From the NCBI GenBank assembly GCA_963666975.2, contig CAXVYR010000003.1:832001-896000 (forward strand): DNA of 64,000 nucleotides, given 5' to 3'. Positions 31,899 through 42,552 of this stretch are shown here, piece after piece. The position numbers were made by a program, and so were the translations under genes. Each line of letters begins with the position of its first letter. The stretch's first letter is position 1. The notes beneath the pieces were generated by a model. It had not been told where the DNA came from, did no database searches, and worked only from the letters and a program-made list of their open reading frames with translations. This DNA comes from Terriglobia bacterium. GTDB lineage: Bacteria; Acidobacteriota; Terriglobia; 2-12-FULL-54-10.

Positions 31899-31994
31899 GG
31901 CGAACAAATATCAAATAAATAGCGAACAAATAGCGTAATTATATTATAACATGTTTAGGCCAATGAACAAGCAGTGTACGTCGTCAGATAATGT

Positions 31995-33443
31995 GAGGGT
32001 GTCCCATACATAGTTGAAGGTTGAACGGCGGTTCGGCCCGAATCGAATAGAATCGGGCCAAGCCTAAATCCTATAGAAGGAGAACCGCCGAATGAAGGGA
32101 AAATATCACGTTTTGGAACTGGGTTCCAAGGGAGCCGAAGAAACCATCCAGAAGTTTTGCCAAACCAACGGACAGATGCTGTTGCCGGTGGTGGATCTGA
32201 TCACGGAGGCGCGTCTGGCGGTGGATGAGGTGATTGATCGGGCCGGGCGAGGTTTGATTGAAACGATTCTGAGCATGAGCGCAGAGCAAATCGCGGGGCC
32301 AAAGAGTCCCGGGAAGGCGAGCGGAGAGGTGCGCTGGCATGGCCGGCAATTGGGGAGGGTGAAACTGGCCGATCGCCAGCTGCGGGTGGAGCGGCCCCGG
32401 CTGCGCCGGAAGGGCGGAGGGGAAGAAGCGGTGCCGGCCTACGAAGCGCTGCGGAAAAGCGAGAAGACGGGCGAGGAGATGTTCGTGGCACTGTTGAAAG
32501 GGGTTTCGACGCGGAACTACCGCGAGGTGATCCCGGAGATGGCCAACAGCGCTGGGGTGTCGAAGTCTCAGGTGAGCCGGGAAGCGGCCGAGCAAGGAGC
32601 GCGGCGGCTGGAAGAACTGTTGGCGCGGCGCTGGGAGGAGGTCGAGATTCTGGTGATTTACCTGGACGGAATGCGGTTCGGCTCCCACCACGTCATCAGC
32701 GCCGTGGGCGTGGACATCGAGGGCCGCAAGCATGTGCTGGGGATTCAACTGGGCGCGACCGAAAACGCCGCTGCGGTGAAAGACCTTCTCACCCGCCTGC
32801 GCCAGCAAGGTTTGCGCACGGATCAGCGCTATCTGTTTGTGATCGACGGCGCCAAAGCGCTCCGCGCGGGGATCGAGGAAGTATTCGGCAGCAATCAGCT
32901 GGTGCAGCGTTGCCGTACTCATAAGCTGCGCAACGTGGCTGAGCGGTTACCAAAGGGCGACAAAATGCTGGCGAATCAGGTGCGGTCGCTGATGCGCGCC
33001 GCCTGGCGATTGCCCCAAGCCGAGGAAGGCATCGTGCGCATAAAAAAGCTCGCTGGGATGATCGAGTGCGATCATCCGGCAGCAGCCGCCAGTTTGCGCG
33101 AAGGGTTGGAGGAGACCTTTACGATCAATCGAGCCGACGTTCCTCCCAGCCTCCACCGCTGCCTGGCAACCACGAACCTCATCGAGAGCCCGCAGTCGGG
33201 CGTGCGGAAAAAGACTGGCAATGTTTGCCGCTGGCGCGACGGCGAGATGACGTTGCGCTGGGTGGCAGGAGCGTTTCTGCTGACCGAGAAGAATTTCCGG
33301 AAGATCATGGGTTATCACGATCTCTGGGCTTTGGCATCGATTCTCGGCCGAAGTCCAAACGCTGCTTCCTCTCACAAGGAGAAAGTGGCGTAATATGAAC
33401 TCAACCCGCCGTCCCAACCTGCAACTGAGTTTGGGACACCTTC
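31995..33443 (+). mobile_element. IS256-family element copy 1
   Basis: IR gagggtgtccca/tgggacaccttc; 8-bp TSD GATAATGT at 31987-31994 and 33444-33451. Confidence 0.92.
32092..33393 (+). CDS. IS256-family transposase
   Basis: GVSTRNY, YLDG, GATEN, VIDG.KAL, QRCRTHKLRN, TTNLIES. Confidence 0.93.
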   Translation: MKGKYHVLELGSKGAEETIQKFCQTNGQMLLPVVDLITEARLAVDEVIDRAGRGLIETILSMSAEQIAGPKSPGKASGEVRWHGRQLGRVKLADRQLRVERPRLRRKGGGEEAVPAYEALRKSEKTGEEMFVALLKGVSTRNYREVIPEMANSAGVSKSQVSREAAEQGARRLEELLARRWEEVEILVIYLDGMRFGSHHVISAVGVDIEGRKHVLGIQLGATENAAAVKDLLTRLRQQGLRTDQRYLFVIDGAKALRAGIEEVFGSNQLVQRCRTHKLRNVAERLPKGDKMLANQVRSLMRAAWRLPQAEEGIVRIKKLAGMIECDHPAAAASLREGLEETFTINRADVPPSLHRCLATTNLIESPQSGVRKKTGNVCRWRDGEMTLRWVAGAFLLTEKNFRKIMGYHDLWALASILGRSPNAASSHKEKVA

Positions 33444-33593
33444 GATAATGTTGACACAGAGCATAAAAAGATAAGGTGGCGTTCAGGCTCCTCTGGGTTG
33501 ATGTTAGGCTGCCCTTCTTTTGAAGTGCAACCGTTTTCTTCAAGACACAGAGCATAAAAAGATAGGTGGCGTTCAGGCTCCTCTGGGTTGATG

Positions 33594-34577
33594 TTAGGCT
33601 GCCCTTCTTTTGAAGTGCAACCGTTTTCTTAAGATCATAGTTTTCTCTTTGATGCGATCCCGTTTTTGCAGGATGGCACTGCCTTGGCCTGTAAAAACGT
33701 CATACGGTGTCAGGTTGTTCAGGCTTTCATGGTATCGGTTGGTGTTGTAGTGGTTGACGAAGGCATCGATCTGCCGCTCCAGCTCTTCTGGCAGGTAATA
33801 GTTGTTGAGCAGGATGCGGTCTTTCAGAGTTCGGTGCCAGCGTTCGATCTTGCCCTGCGTCATGGGGTGATAGGGCTTGCCGCGAGTATGCGGCACGCTG
33901 TTTTCTGCCAGCCATGATTGCAGTTCGGAAGAGACGTAGCACGGCCCGTTGTCGCTCAGGAGGCGAGGTCTGTGCCGGGCGCCCACGCGGTCGAGGCCGG
34001 TGGCTTGCAAAGCATCCCGCAACGTGGCCGAGACGTCACTTGCGCTCATGGTTTTGCACAGCCGCCAGGCGATGATATAGCGCGAGAAGTCGTCCAGCAC
34101 CGTGGACAGGTAGAACCAGCCCCAACCGATGACTTTCAGGTAGGTGAAGTCGGTCTGCCAGAGCTGGTTGACCGCCGTGGTCGGGTTGGCGAACCGTTCC
34201 GCCGCTTTCAGGACAATAAAGGCTGGCGCGGTAATCAGGTCATGGCTTTTCAGGACGCGGTAAACCGTCGATTCAGAAAGGTAATACCGCCTTTCCTCGG
34301 TAAAACGCACCGCCAGCTCGCGTGACGACAGATCGGGCTCGGCCAGGGCTAACGTCACCAACTGCTGAGTTATCTCCTCCGGCACCTTGTTCCAGACAGG
34401 GCCAGGATCGGGTTTTTTGTCTTCCAGCCCATCAAAGCCTTCCGACACATAGCGGTCGTACCAGTTGTAAAACGTCGATCTGGGAATGCCAACCTGCTGC
34501 AGCGTCCGGCGCACCCCCAGGGCAGATTGCTCCACCGTGCAGATGATCTCCAGCTTCTCCGAGGCAGGGTATCTCAT
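33594..34577 (-). CDS. IS3-family transposase OrfB (DDE)
   Basis: WQTDFTY, LDDFSR, LSDNG, HPMTQGKIERWH. Confidence 0.92.
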   Translation of the reverse strand: MRYPASEKLEIICTVEQSALGVRRTLQQVGIPRSTFYNWYDRYVSEGFDGLEDKKPDPGPVWNKVPEEITQQLVTLALAEPDLSSRELAVRFTEERRYYLSESTVYRVLKSHDLITAPAFIVLKAAERFANPTTAVNQLWQTDFTYLKVIGWGWFYLSTVLDDFSRYIIAWRLCKTMSASDVSATLRDALQATGLDRVGARHRPRLLSDNGPCYVSSELQSWLAENSVPHTRGKPYHPMTQGKIERWHRTLKDRILLNNYYLPEELERQIDAFVNHYNTNRYHESLNNLTPYDVFTGQGSAILQKRDRIKEKTMILRKRLHFKRRAA

Positions 34578-34945
34578 GTATGTTCCTCCCCATCCCCGAT
34601 CACGCTTTTTTTTAGCAGGCGATTTTCCAGCATAGCCTCGGCCAGGGCCTCTTTCAGCTGTACGGCCTGCTCCCGCAGAGTCTTGACTTCGCCACTGGTT
34701 GCCTCACGGTCTATGTCGCCCGCCAGCCGCTTGCGGCCAGCCTCCAGAAACTCCTTGCTCCAGCGGTAATACTGGTTCTGGTGCAGCCCCTCGCGGCGGC
34801 ACAGCTCCGCGATGCTGTCCTCGCCGCGAAGTCCCTGCAATACAATGCGGATTTTGTCTTCCGGGCTGAACCTGCGCCGCGTCCTGCGTTTGATCTCCCG
34901 GACGGCCTTCTCGACCGCCCCCCTGTCGTCTTGTTTTTGTCTCAT
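34574..34945 (-). CDS. IS3-family transposase OrfA (HTH)
   Basis: RRRFSPEDKIRIVL..SIAELCRREG; A8G slippery run at ~34605-34613. Confidence 0.9.
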   Translation of the reverse strand: MRQKQDDRGAVEKAVREIKRRTRRRFSPEDKIRIVLQGLRGEDSIAELCRREGLHQNQYYRWSKEFLEAGRKRLAGDIDREATSGEVKTLREQAVQLKEALAEAMLENRLLKKSVIGDGEEHT

Positions 34946-35040
34946 CTTCGTTCCTTTCAGTCTCTACGATGAGCCAAAAACATCACCTTAACTATTACCC
35001 TCTACCTGTCCAACAAGCCCTGACGGGGCACACTAAAAAG

Positions 35041-35186
35041 ATGAGTTCCGAGCAGGAGACGGCAAGGCGCCGTCAGTAATGACTTAAGTGTTTTTTCCTG
35101 GAGAGTCGGCGACATGAGTTCCGAGCAGGAGACGGCAAGGCGCCGTCAGTAATGACTTAAGTGTTTTTTCCTGGAGAGTCGGCGAC
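35041..35186. repeat. 73-bp perfect tandem duplication
   Basis: atgagttccgagcagg...gagtcggcgac occurs twice. Confidence 0.85.
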
Positions 35187-35574
35187 AATACGTCCCATTG
35201 AAAGGCGGATCGGTAAACACTACGCCGTTACAGAGGATCTATCGCCGTTGCTGGGCGAGATCGACTCTTCCCAGAACCGGACTGGGAGACCGCTTTGCAA
35301 GATTCTGGCGAGAGCGTCGATTCCGCTGCACTGGATCGGCGGATAGTTTCCGAGTACTCCGTTATCCGGACGGAATGGATCGTCGGTAAACATAAGGCGA
35401 CTTTCGAGGACCTATTTCCTCGAACGCCGTATCGGGACTGCAGACGACTAAGGCGGCAGGCCGCACTATTGTTTCCGAGTGGGCGACCACTCGGACAGAA
35501 TCACGCCCTTCACATTTGCGGTCTTGACCGATCAAACAACACGCTGCTTCAGCTCTTCAAACCAGTTATTCCAG

Positions 35575-36918
35575 TCAGTCCACCAGAAGAAGCCCGCGGA
35601 TTTCGACCGCGGTGCGCCACAAATTCTCCAACGCGCCGACGTAGTCCACCTGCAACTGAGAGAGCGTCCGCTGAGCGATGAGCACTTGCGGGTAGGCAGC
35701 AGCCATCTGTCTGTAGCTGCTCAAATACAGGTCGTAGGCTTGTTGCACCCGGGGAAGCATTTCGTTCCGATACTTGTCCACAAGGGCCACGGAGTCGCCA
35801 TAGTTCCTGTAGGCGACCGCCAGGCGCGCCCGCAAAGACAGCTTTACCCGCTCGACCTCCAGTCTGGCGCGTTCCAACTCGGCCCGCGCCGATTCCACGT
35901 TTCCCTGGTTGCGGTCAAACAGCGGTATCCGTATGCCAGCATCGACAAAACCTTCCAGACCCACCGGCCGACGCCCGATCTCGAGCAGTTCCCGGTTGTT
36001 GCGAAGCCCTCCGCGCACAACGAGGTTGGGAATCCACTCCACCCGGGCACGCTGCAAGGCTTGTTCGGCTCGCGCCACACCCGCTTGAGCGATTTGGACT
36101 TCTGGGCTTTCCCGAAAAAGGGTCTCCAGAGCGCTGTCGAATTCCACCTCTGGCACAGGGTCTTCCAGGCTTCCCGCCAACGGGGCCGAACGCAGTGAGT
36201 GAACCCCCACAGCGGCAGCTAACTCGCGCCAGATGCGTCCGCGATCATTTTGCGCTGCGATCAAAGCCAGCTCTGCCAGTTGCGACTCCACCTCCGCCGC
36301 TAAAAAGTCAGGTCGGTCCGCCTGGCCGACGTTGTAAAGTTGTTGCGAGATATTCACTGCCTCGCGAGTAAGGTCAGCGAGGTTGCCCCGCAGCTCGACC
36401 AACCGCTCGGCTCCCAAGGCTTGGTAGTAGAGGATACGGACTCTATTCAGCACCCGGTACTGCTGCATTTCCGCTGCGGCCTCGGCCCGTATCTCTTCCT
36501 GGGCGAAGACACTACGGCTGAGTCGAAGTTTGCCGCCCGTGACGATCTCCTGCTCCAGGAAGAAACCGTGCTCACCGCCTCGAATAGTTGGCCCCGTGGC
36601 GACCTCGTCGGCCGTGTAACCCACGCTGGGGTTGGGGTAGAGGCCCGCCTGGATCGTTTGCCCGCGCGCCGCTCGGACTCGGGCGGCCGCCTGGGCCACC
36701 GTCGGGTTGTGCTGCAGGGCCATCTGTTCCAACTCTTCGAGGCGCAAAGCAGGGCTGGCAGGTTCCTGCTGGTTTCCCCCAGCTACATCAGCCTGCATAG
36801 CCACCTCAACTCCGTCTTTGGCCGGCGAACCGCTGCCGGCGGCCTTCCCCGGCAATGGGGCACCCATGCTCATGTAGGCAACACACAACACCAACAACAT
36901 TCCTGACCAGCATTTCAT
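35575..36918 (-). CDS. TolC-family outer-membrane efflux protein (heavy-metal type)
   Basis: Signal peptide, AGLYPNP, QEIVTGGKL, IPLFDRNQG; start chosen by GAGGAG RBS. Confidence 0.88.
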   Translation of the reverse strand: MKCWSGMLLVLCVAYMSMGAPLPGKAAGSGSPAKDGVEVAMQADVAGGNQQEPASPALRLEELEQMALQHNPTVAQAAARVRAARGQTIQAGLYPNPSVGYTADEVATGPTIRGGEHGFFLEQEIVTGGKLRLSRSVFAQEEIRAEAAAEMQQYRVLNRVRILYYQALGAERLVELRGNLADLTREAVNISQQLYNVGQADRPDFLAAEVESQLAELALIAAQNDRGRIWRELAAAVGVHSLRSAPLAGSLEDPVPEVEFDSALETLFRESPEVQIAQAGVARAEQALQRARVEWIPNLVVRGGLRNNRELLEIGRRPVGLEGFVDAGIRIPLFDRNQGNVESARAELERARLEVERVKLSLRARLAVAYRNYGDSVALVDKYRNEMLPRVQQAYDLYLSSYRQMAAAYPQVLIAQRTLSQLQVDYVGALENLWRTAVEIRGLLLVD

Positions 36919-37034
36919 TGGGGATCTCCTCTTCGTTATGCATGCAATGTTTCGCTTGTAGATGACGCCCCTATGTTCAGCGGTTCGCATCGATATTCTT
37001 TTCCCACCAAGGATTTTTGGGAGCGCCTTCCCGC

Positions 37035-38470
37035 TCACATGCTGTGTTGATGCTCGGGTGGCATGGGTGACGGGGCCTCTTTGCGCCCCTGGGCTTGAAG
37101 TTCCTTCACCTTTTCATACAAATCGGGTGGCAGAACACGGACGAGGGTCATCATCCCCTGCACGCCGCCGCTCCAAGTCGGCCGCAGACCGTAGGTCTCG
37201 GGTTTGGCGACCATCTCGTCCATGGGCATGAACATGTCCTGCGGATAGCCGGGCACCATTTGCGGCTCGCCGTGCTGCATGTCGTGTTGCATCCCCTGTC
37301 CAGCGCTTTGTTGAGGCTGGAGTGGCAGGTTGGTGGTGGCCTTCTCGAAGGCTGCGCCCAGGCCGATGGCCCGCCCCAAACTGGGCCCGAGTTCCTCCGC
37401 CAAGGCGTGTCCTTGCTGCACCATGCCCATGCCATCCTCCATGCCCATGCCTGTGTGCATGCCCTGTCCGACGTGCGACATGGGACCGACCATCGAGGCC
37501 ATTTGGTTCATCATGTGGTGAGGCAGGTGGCAGTGGAAAATCCAGTCGCCCGAATACTTGGCGTCGAACTCGATGTCCCGGGCCTGGGCGACGCCCAAGA
37601 GCACTGTATTGGTCGGATACCAGGCCGACTCCGGAATGCGTCCTCCCTCTGTACCTGTTATGTTGAACTGGTGGCCGTGCAGGTGAATGGGGGATGGTCC
37701 ATTCCCAGATTGACCAAGCGGATGCGCACCCGCTCCCCCTGCTTCACGATGATCGGAGTGGTCGCGGGACCGGCCTTCCCGTTCATGGTGAGCCAGTTGA
37801 ACTCCATCGACAGAGTATTGGGCACGGGATTGTTGGGAAGGATCGCCCATTCTTGGACGATGATCCCGAAGTCCTTGTGCACGCGTGGCCGGTAGGACTC
37901 CTTGGGATGCATGATGAAGAGGCCGATCATCCCCAGCATTTCCTGCATCGCCATGTGGGAGTGGTAGAAGAACGTTCCATGCTGGTGCAGCGTGAACTCA
38001 TAAATGAACCGCCCGCCCGGAGGGATGGGGTCTTGGGTCACCCCGGGCACGCCGTCCATCTCCACCGGAATCTCGAAGCCGTGCCAATGCACGGAGGTTG
38101 GCTCGGGCAGGTGATTGTCCACGATGATCCGCACCCGGTCGCCCTGGTCAACCTCGATGGTAGGGCCGGGCATAGAGCCGTTAAAACCCCAAACGTCGAA
38201 TGTTTTTCCCGGCAGAAACTCCCGCTTCACCACCTCGGCGACCAGGTGGAAGACCTTGACGCCGTTCTCGATCCGCGACGGAAGCTTCGGGAGATCGGGC
38301 GTTTCGACGGGCAGCGGCAGCGGTCCTGACACCGACTGCTCCGTAGCCCCCCTGCTGTTTTCCTGGGGGTCCTGGCCGGCTTGGTTGTTCTTTGCGATGG
38401 CCCGGCCGGAGAATAATCCGGTTGCCAAGAACGCGCCTCCACGGAGAAAGTCTCGTCTGCTTGCTTTCAT
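37035..38470 (-). CDS. Tat-exported multicopper oxidase with Met/His-rich tail (frameshift near 37695)
   Basis: SRRDFL Tat motif, VHWHG, FYHSH, PIHLHGH, WIFHCHLPHHM across two ORFs. Confidence 0.85.
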
Positions 38471-38533
38471 CTTTTTTCCATCTCCTTTCGTCCAATCACA
38501 AACCGCTAGAGCGGTGGTTGTTTAGAATTGTGT

Positions 38534-39073
38534 TTAGTGATGATCCGGCTGCGATTCGGCGGCAGCGCCGCCGGATTGTCCGGCCGCTAGCTGTCCAAGG
38601 AACTCCAGCTCTTCAGGGGAAAGGCTCGGCAGCCGCCGGATGAACGAGACCAACTGCCAGATCTCTTCGGGGCTGTCTCCGTCAGCCGAGGCAGGCATCC
38701 CCGTAAAACGAATGCCGTTGCTGATGATGTAGTAGAGCTCACCATCGCTCAGCTCCTGTGTGTTTGCCTCCCTCAAGTCTGGCACTTTAGGGTAGAGGTT
38801 CCTGCCGATGACGGTGTCACCGCTTCCCTCCAGAGCGTGGCAGCTGGCACAGTGATCCACCCAATGCTTGCGCGCTGACTCCAGGCTCTCAGCCGTATCC
38901 GGGTTGGGATTCTTTTGTTCTTTTGCGCCGGCTGGAGTAGCGAGCTTCCGTGCGTGTCGCGCTAAAAACTCCTCCAACCGGGATGGTTCTTCTCGAGCGC
39001 TGAAGCCATAGCGGAGGGTGGTCACACCCAAATACGTCAGCCCGGCCAATACCGCCAGGGCTATTGCAATCAT
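38534..39073 (-). CDS. c-type cytochrome
   Basis: CASCH; SDGELYYIISNGIRFTGMP. Confidence 0.88.
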   Translation of the reverse strand: MIAIALAVLAGLTYLGVTTLRYGFSAREEPSRLEEFLARHARKLATPAGAKEQKNPNPDTAESLESARKHWVDHCASCHALEGSGDTVIGRNLYPKVPDLREANTQELSDGELYYIISNGIRFTGMPASADGDSPEEIWQLVSFIRRLPSLSPEELEFLGQLAAGQSGGAAAESQPDHH

Positions 39074-39127
39074 GACCTTTGTTCGCTAACGCATAGATTT
39101 TCCTTTCTTTGGGAGATATCCACACCC

Positions 39128-39617
39128 TTACAAGGTCCGAAGATAGGCTATCAGGTCGTCAATCTGCTCTTTGGAGAGAACGTCCTTCATAGGAGGCATC
39201 GAGCCGGTACCCTCTTCAATCTGCTTCCGAATGGTTGGCTCGTCATGATGGGCCATTTCCGTTCCGTCGGCCCTCTTGTGCGCAGCCATGTGGAACAGGC
39301 CCTTCAATCCCGGTCCCACTTTCGCCGTGTTGGATTCCGCTTCATGACAGAGCTCGCAATGTTGCTGGAAAAGCTCTTTGCCTTTCGATGCATTTCCTTT
39401 GCTGGCCACCGTCGCAGTCTTCTTTGCCTCACTCCCCTTTTGGGCCGTAGCGGCCTTGGAGGTCTCGTCATGGGAGTGCGTAGAACCCTCATCATGAGAG
39501 TGCGTAGCGCCCTCATTGTGAGAGTGATCTTCTTGGAGTCGCGCCGCGCCCACAGTTAAAACGAAAAAAAAATACAAACGCTCCAATAGAAAAACAACTC
39601 AGTCTTCTCAGACCCAT
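39128..39617 (-). CDS. c-type cytochrome with His-rich N-terminal repeats
   Basis: HSH repeated three times, CELCH, SMPPM; likely ATG at 39617 separated by an A10 homopolymer frameshift. Confidence 0.8.
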
Positions 39618-39697
39618 TTCTTCCTCCAGATGAAAAAATGCCAAGCCTTGCTGCCAAAGCAAAGCTTCCAATTTGAACGGGAATTTCCTGTTTTTAG

Positions 39698-40120
39698 CTA
39701 GATTCGGAGGACGAGGGGGATTGGCTTTGGAGAGGACAAGCGGGACAATTCGACTGGGGCGATGCGTTCTACGGGACCGCTGTGCCCCACTTCCAGTTCA
39801 CTTTCCGGTAATCCCAGCAGATCAACCGCCGTTAGAAACTGTACCGAGACCACTGCATGTTGCTGGGCGATACATTGCGTCTCCAGCCCGGATGGGGAAT
39901 GATGGTCTGCTGGCGAGGCCGGGATGCCGTGATGATGATTTTCTTTCTCGTGTGAGGACAGATCTGCCAAAGACGAGGACGCCGTTTGCACGGGCTCGCT
40001 GTGGAATTCACACGCAAGTGCGGATAATGGGCTCACCGCCATCACTACCGCTACCAGCGAATTGACTAGTTTCCACTGCATCTTGATATATGAAGAGAGG
40101 TTACCAGTTGCGGTTGCCAT
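39698..40120 (-). CDS. Hypothetical His/Cys-containing exported protein
   Basis: Signal-like N-terminus, ACEFH, HHHG, ends LVLRI; first gene of the metal cluster. Confidence 0.5.
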   Translation of the reverse strand: MATATGNLSSYIKMQWKLVNSLVAVVMAVSPLSALACEFHSEPVQTASSSLADLSSHEKENHHHGIPASPADHHSPSGLETQCIAQQHAVVSVQFLTAVDLLGLPESELEVGHSGPVERIAPVELSRLSSPKPIPLVLRI

Positions 40121-40395
40121 TGTCCAAAAAATTTGAGTAGCCTTAGAGAGAGGTCCCTCAGATAAGCGATGCGAACTAAATGAAGGCCTCTTGTCGGAGC
40201 CGTGGGCCCGGCGGCAGCCCGGCGAGAACGCTCCCGCAGTTGAGGTTTATCTACAAGGTGAGAGGGCAGGACCTTGATGGCGACTGTTCTGTCCAGGCGG
40301 GTGTCTTTGGCTTTGTAGACCTCTCCCATGCCACCCGCACCTAGCGGGCTGAGGACCTCGTATGAGCCAAGACGAGCACCTGGGGATATGGGCAC
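40066..40395 (-). pseudogene. Ser/Thr protein kinase N-terminal fragment
   Basis: [26 protein letters not shown], then similarity is lost after ~55 aa. Confidence 0.85.
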
Positions 40396-40579
40396 GCTTT
40401 AACCCTGCCTAACTGAGAATAATGGGGAAAGATTACACGAGGGGAAAGGGGAAAGCCATTGGAACAACTGATGCGAAAAGGGATTGAACTAAGCGGAGGT
40501 GGCGTATACTTTATTCCCGGATTAAGTTAAAAACGGAAATTCTGGCTTAACCTGCGAACAAAAGCTGAGGGGGTAAATC

Positions 40580-42478
40580 ATGAAAAGCCAATGGGTTTGG
40601 CGAGTTGTGCTGATGGTGTGTGTCATTTGGGCTGGACAGGGCCTCGGCTGGGCTCAACAAGCCCCGGATACCGTTCTCTACAATGGCAAGATCGTGACCG
40701 TGGATGATCCTAGTTACACTTCCCGATTGGGCACAATCGCCCAGGCCATGCATGTCCGGGATGGCAAGATACTTCACGTGGGGACCAATGCACAGATTCG
40801 GGCTATGGCGGGGCCCAATACCAAGTTGATGGACCTGAAGGGGCGCACGGTGATTCCGGGACTGATTCTGACTCACGAACATCCTTATGACTGGAACCTG
40901 GTAGAACCTTGGCCCCTGAAAAAAGTTCTGGGAAATGACGACAAGGTCATCGTTCGGTTTCTAGAAGGCAGCCCGGAGGAAAACATTCAGGCCTTTCCCA
41001 GAGCGCTGGAGGAGGCTGTGCTAAAGGCTAGGCCGGGTCAATGGATCTATATCGTCTTTACCTTTGGCGAAAACTACGAGTGGGCTCCTGGTGGCAACAT
41101 CGGAATGGGACGGGGCGGCATGGATCCCAGGGTCTTCAACATCATGACGGAAAAACGGATCACCAAGCAAATGTTGGATATGGCGGCCCCGAACAATCCT
41201 GTCCTGTTGCGAGATGTCTTTACATCCATGATCTTTAACCAGAAGGGGCTGGAGGAAAGCCGCAAGGTGTTTCCGGAGGAGGACGTCAATAGTATCAAGG
41301 ACGAAGACGGACTCGGTGGCGCCAACCAGATGCGTTGGGCTTTTGCCGATGTGGTGATGAAAGACTTCTACCCCGAATTAGTGGAGATCATCCGTTTGGG
41401 GCATGAATGGTGGGCCGGCTATGGAATGACGAGTTACTCTTCCAATGCTTACAATCCGGGTACCCACAGAGTGTACGGGGACCTGGACCGACGAGGCCAA
41501 ATGCCGGTGCGAGTCGCCTGGACCTGGAACTGGAGGGCAGGTCACTACTATCCGGACGAGTACTTTCTCTATGACATGGCCAACCGTCTCGGCCAAGGTA
41601 CGGATTACTATTGGAATGTCGGTGGCAGAAACGGAGCAGGCGGCCGCTGCACCACCTTGGTGCCAATCAAGGATGTTCCGGTCGTAGAGGGAGTGATGGG
41701 CAGTTTGACTGATTGCGTCTACGACCCGGGCAACAGGGCTGCCCAGTTCCTTTACGATTGGATCAAAGCAGGAAATCGTTACGCTGGTGCTCATCATGGA
41801 GCTGACAAGGATGTAGATAACGTCATGGACATCATCGAACGAGCCAGCAAGGATGCCGGGCTTACGGAGGAGCAAATCCGTGCCAAGCGGCACACGGTGG
41901 ACCACAGCGGGTTGTTTCCGCGGCCCGACCAGGTGGACCGGCTAAAGAGACTGAACATGGCCCTCGATGGGAATGCATTTGAAATTTATCAGGCTTCCCC
42001 CGCCGTTTTTGAGACATTCGGAGAAAGAGCACTCGGCTGGGTGGTACCAAAGAAACGGCTCAACGAGGCGGGAATTATTAACACGTTTGAGATGGATCGA
42101 GCCCTTGGAACCACCAACATCACCCTCTTTGAGGGACTTTCTTGGTTCATGACTCGGAAAGCCTGGGATGGAAAAGTCTACTCACCAGACCAAGCCATTG
42201 ATCGTCAGACGGTTCTGAAAGTCGCCACCATTCGTGGGGCTGAATTTGTGCTGCGCGAGGACTTGTTGGGTTCGTTGGAGCCGGGCAAATGGGCCGACTT
42301 CCTGGTCCTGGACCGGGATTACCTGACGGTGCCGGAAGAGGACATCGAGAACATTCGTGTCCTGATGACGGTGCTCGGTGGCAAGACCATTCATCTGGCT
42401 CCCTCCCTGGCGCGGGAGATCGGGATGCCGCCTGCGGGCGCTCAGGTGACGCTCGGTGGACCGGCTGCGCAATGGTAA
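40580..42478 (+). CDS. Secreted amidohydrolase-3 (YtcJ-like), paralog A
   Basis: Signal peptide, YNGKIVT, DLKGRTVIPG..THEH, GSLEPGKWADF.VLDRD. Confidence 0.85.
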   Translation: MKSQWVWRVVLMVCVIWAGQGLGWAQQAPDTVLYNGKIVTVDDPSYTSRLGTIAQAMHVRDGKILHVGTNAQIRAMAGPNTKLMDLKGRTVIPGLILTHEHPYDWNLVEPWPLKKVLGNDDKVIVRFLEGSPEENIQAFPRALEEAVLKARPGQWIYIVFTFGENYEWAPGGNIGMGRGGMDPRVFNIMTEKRITKQMLDMAAPNNPVLLRDVFTSMIFNQKGLEESRKVFPEEDVNSIKDEDGLGGANQMRWAFADVVMKDFYPELVEIIRLGHEWWAGYGMTSYSSNAYNPGTHRVYGDLDRRGQMPVRVAWTWNWRAGHYYPDEYFLYDMANRLGQGTDYYWNVGGRNGAGGRCTTLVPIKDVPVVEGVMGSLTDCVYDPGNRAAQFLYDWIKAGNRYAGAHHGADKDVDNVMDIIERASKDAGLTEEQIRAKRHTVDHSGLFPRPDQVDRLKRLNMALDGNAFEIYQASPAVFETFGERALGWVVPKKRLNEAGIINTFEMDRALGTTNITLFEGLSWFMTRKAWDGKVYSPDQAIDRQTVLKVATIRGAEFVLREDLLGSLEPGKWADFLVLDRDYLTVPEEDIENIRVLMTVLGGKTIHLAPSLAREIGMPPAGAQVTLGGPAAQW

Positions 42479-42552
42479 GCGGCCCCGGGCACCGGTTTGT
42501 CGCTGAAGTTCGGCGAAGATGAGGGACGATCCCTGGAGGAAAGCGACCCGAC

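Larger units (their letters stand above)
31975..35032 (-). mobile_element. IS3-family element with IS256 nested in its right IR
   Basis: Ends tgtgccccgtcagggcttgttggaca (35032, minus) and tgtacgtcgtcagataatgt|tgacaca (31975, split by IS256). Confidence 0.75.

Noticed and set aside
32071-32922. 283-aa antisense ORF in each IS256 copy, and other long shadow ORFs
   Set aside because: Antisense frames expected from GC-rich codon bias; no motifs
35041-35186. Possible CRISPR array
   Set aside because: Only two adjacent 73-bp units with no spacers and no cas genes
35190-35570. Degraded gene between IS3 and TolC
   Set aside because: No convincing motif in any frame
37660-37710. Programmed frameshifts in the oxidase, larB and cytochrome genes
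   Set aside because: They occur at homopolymers or chimeric patches, consistent with sequencing or consensus error
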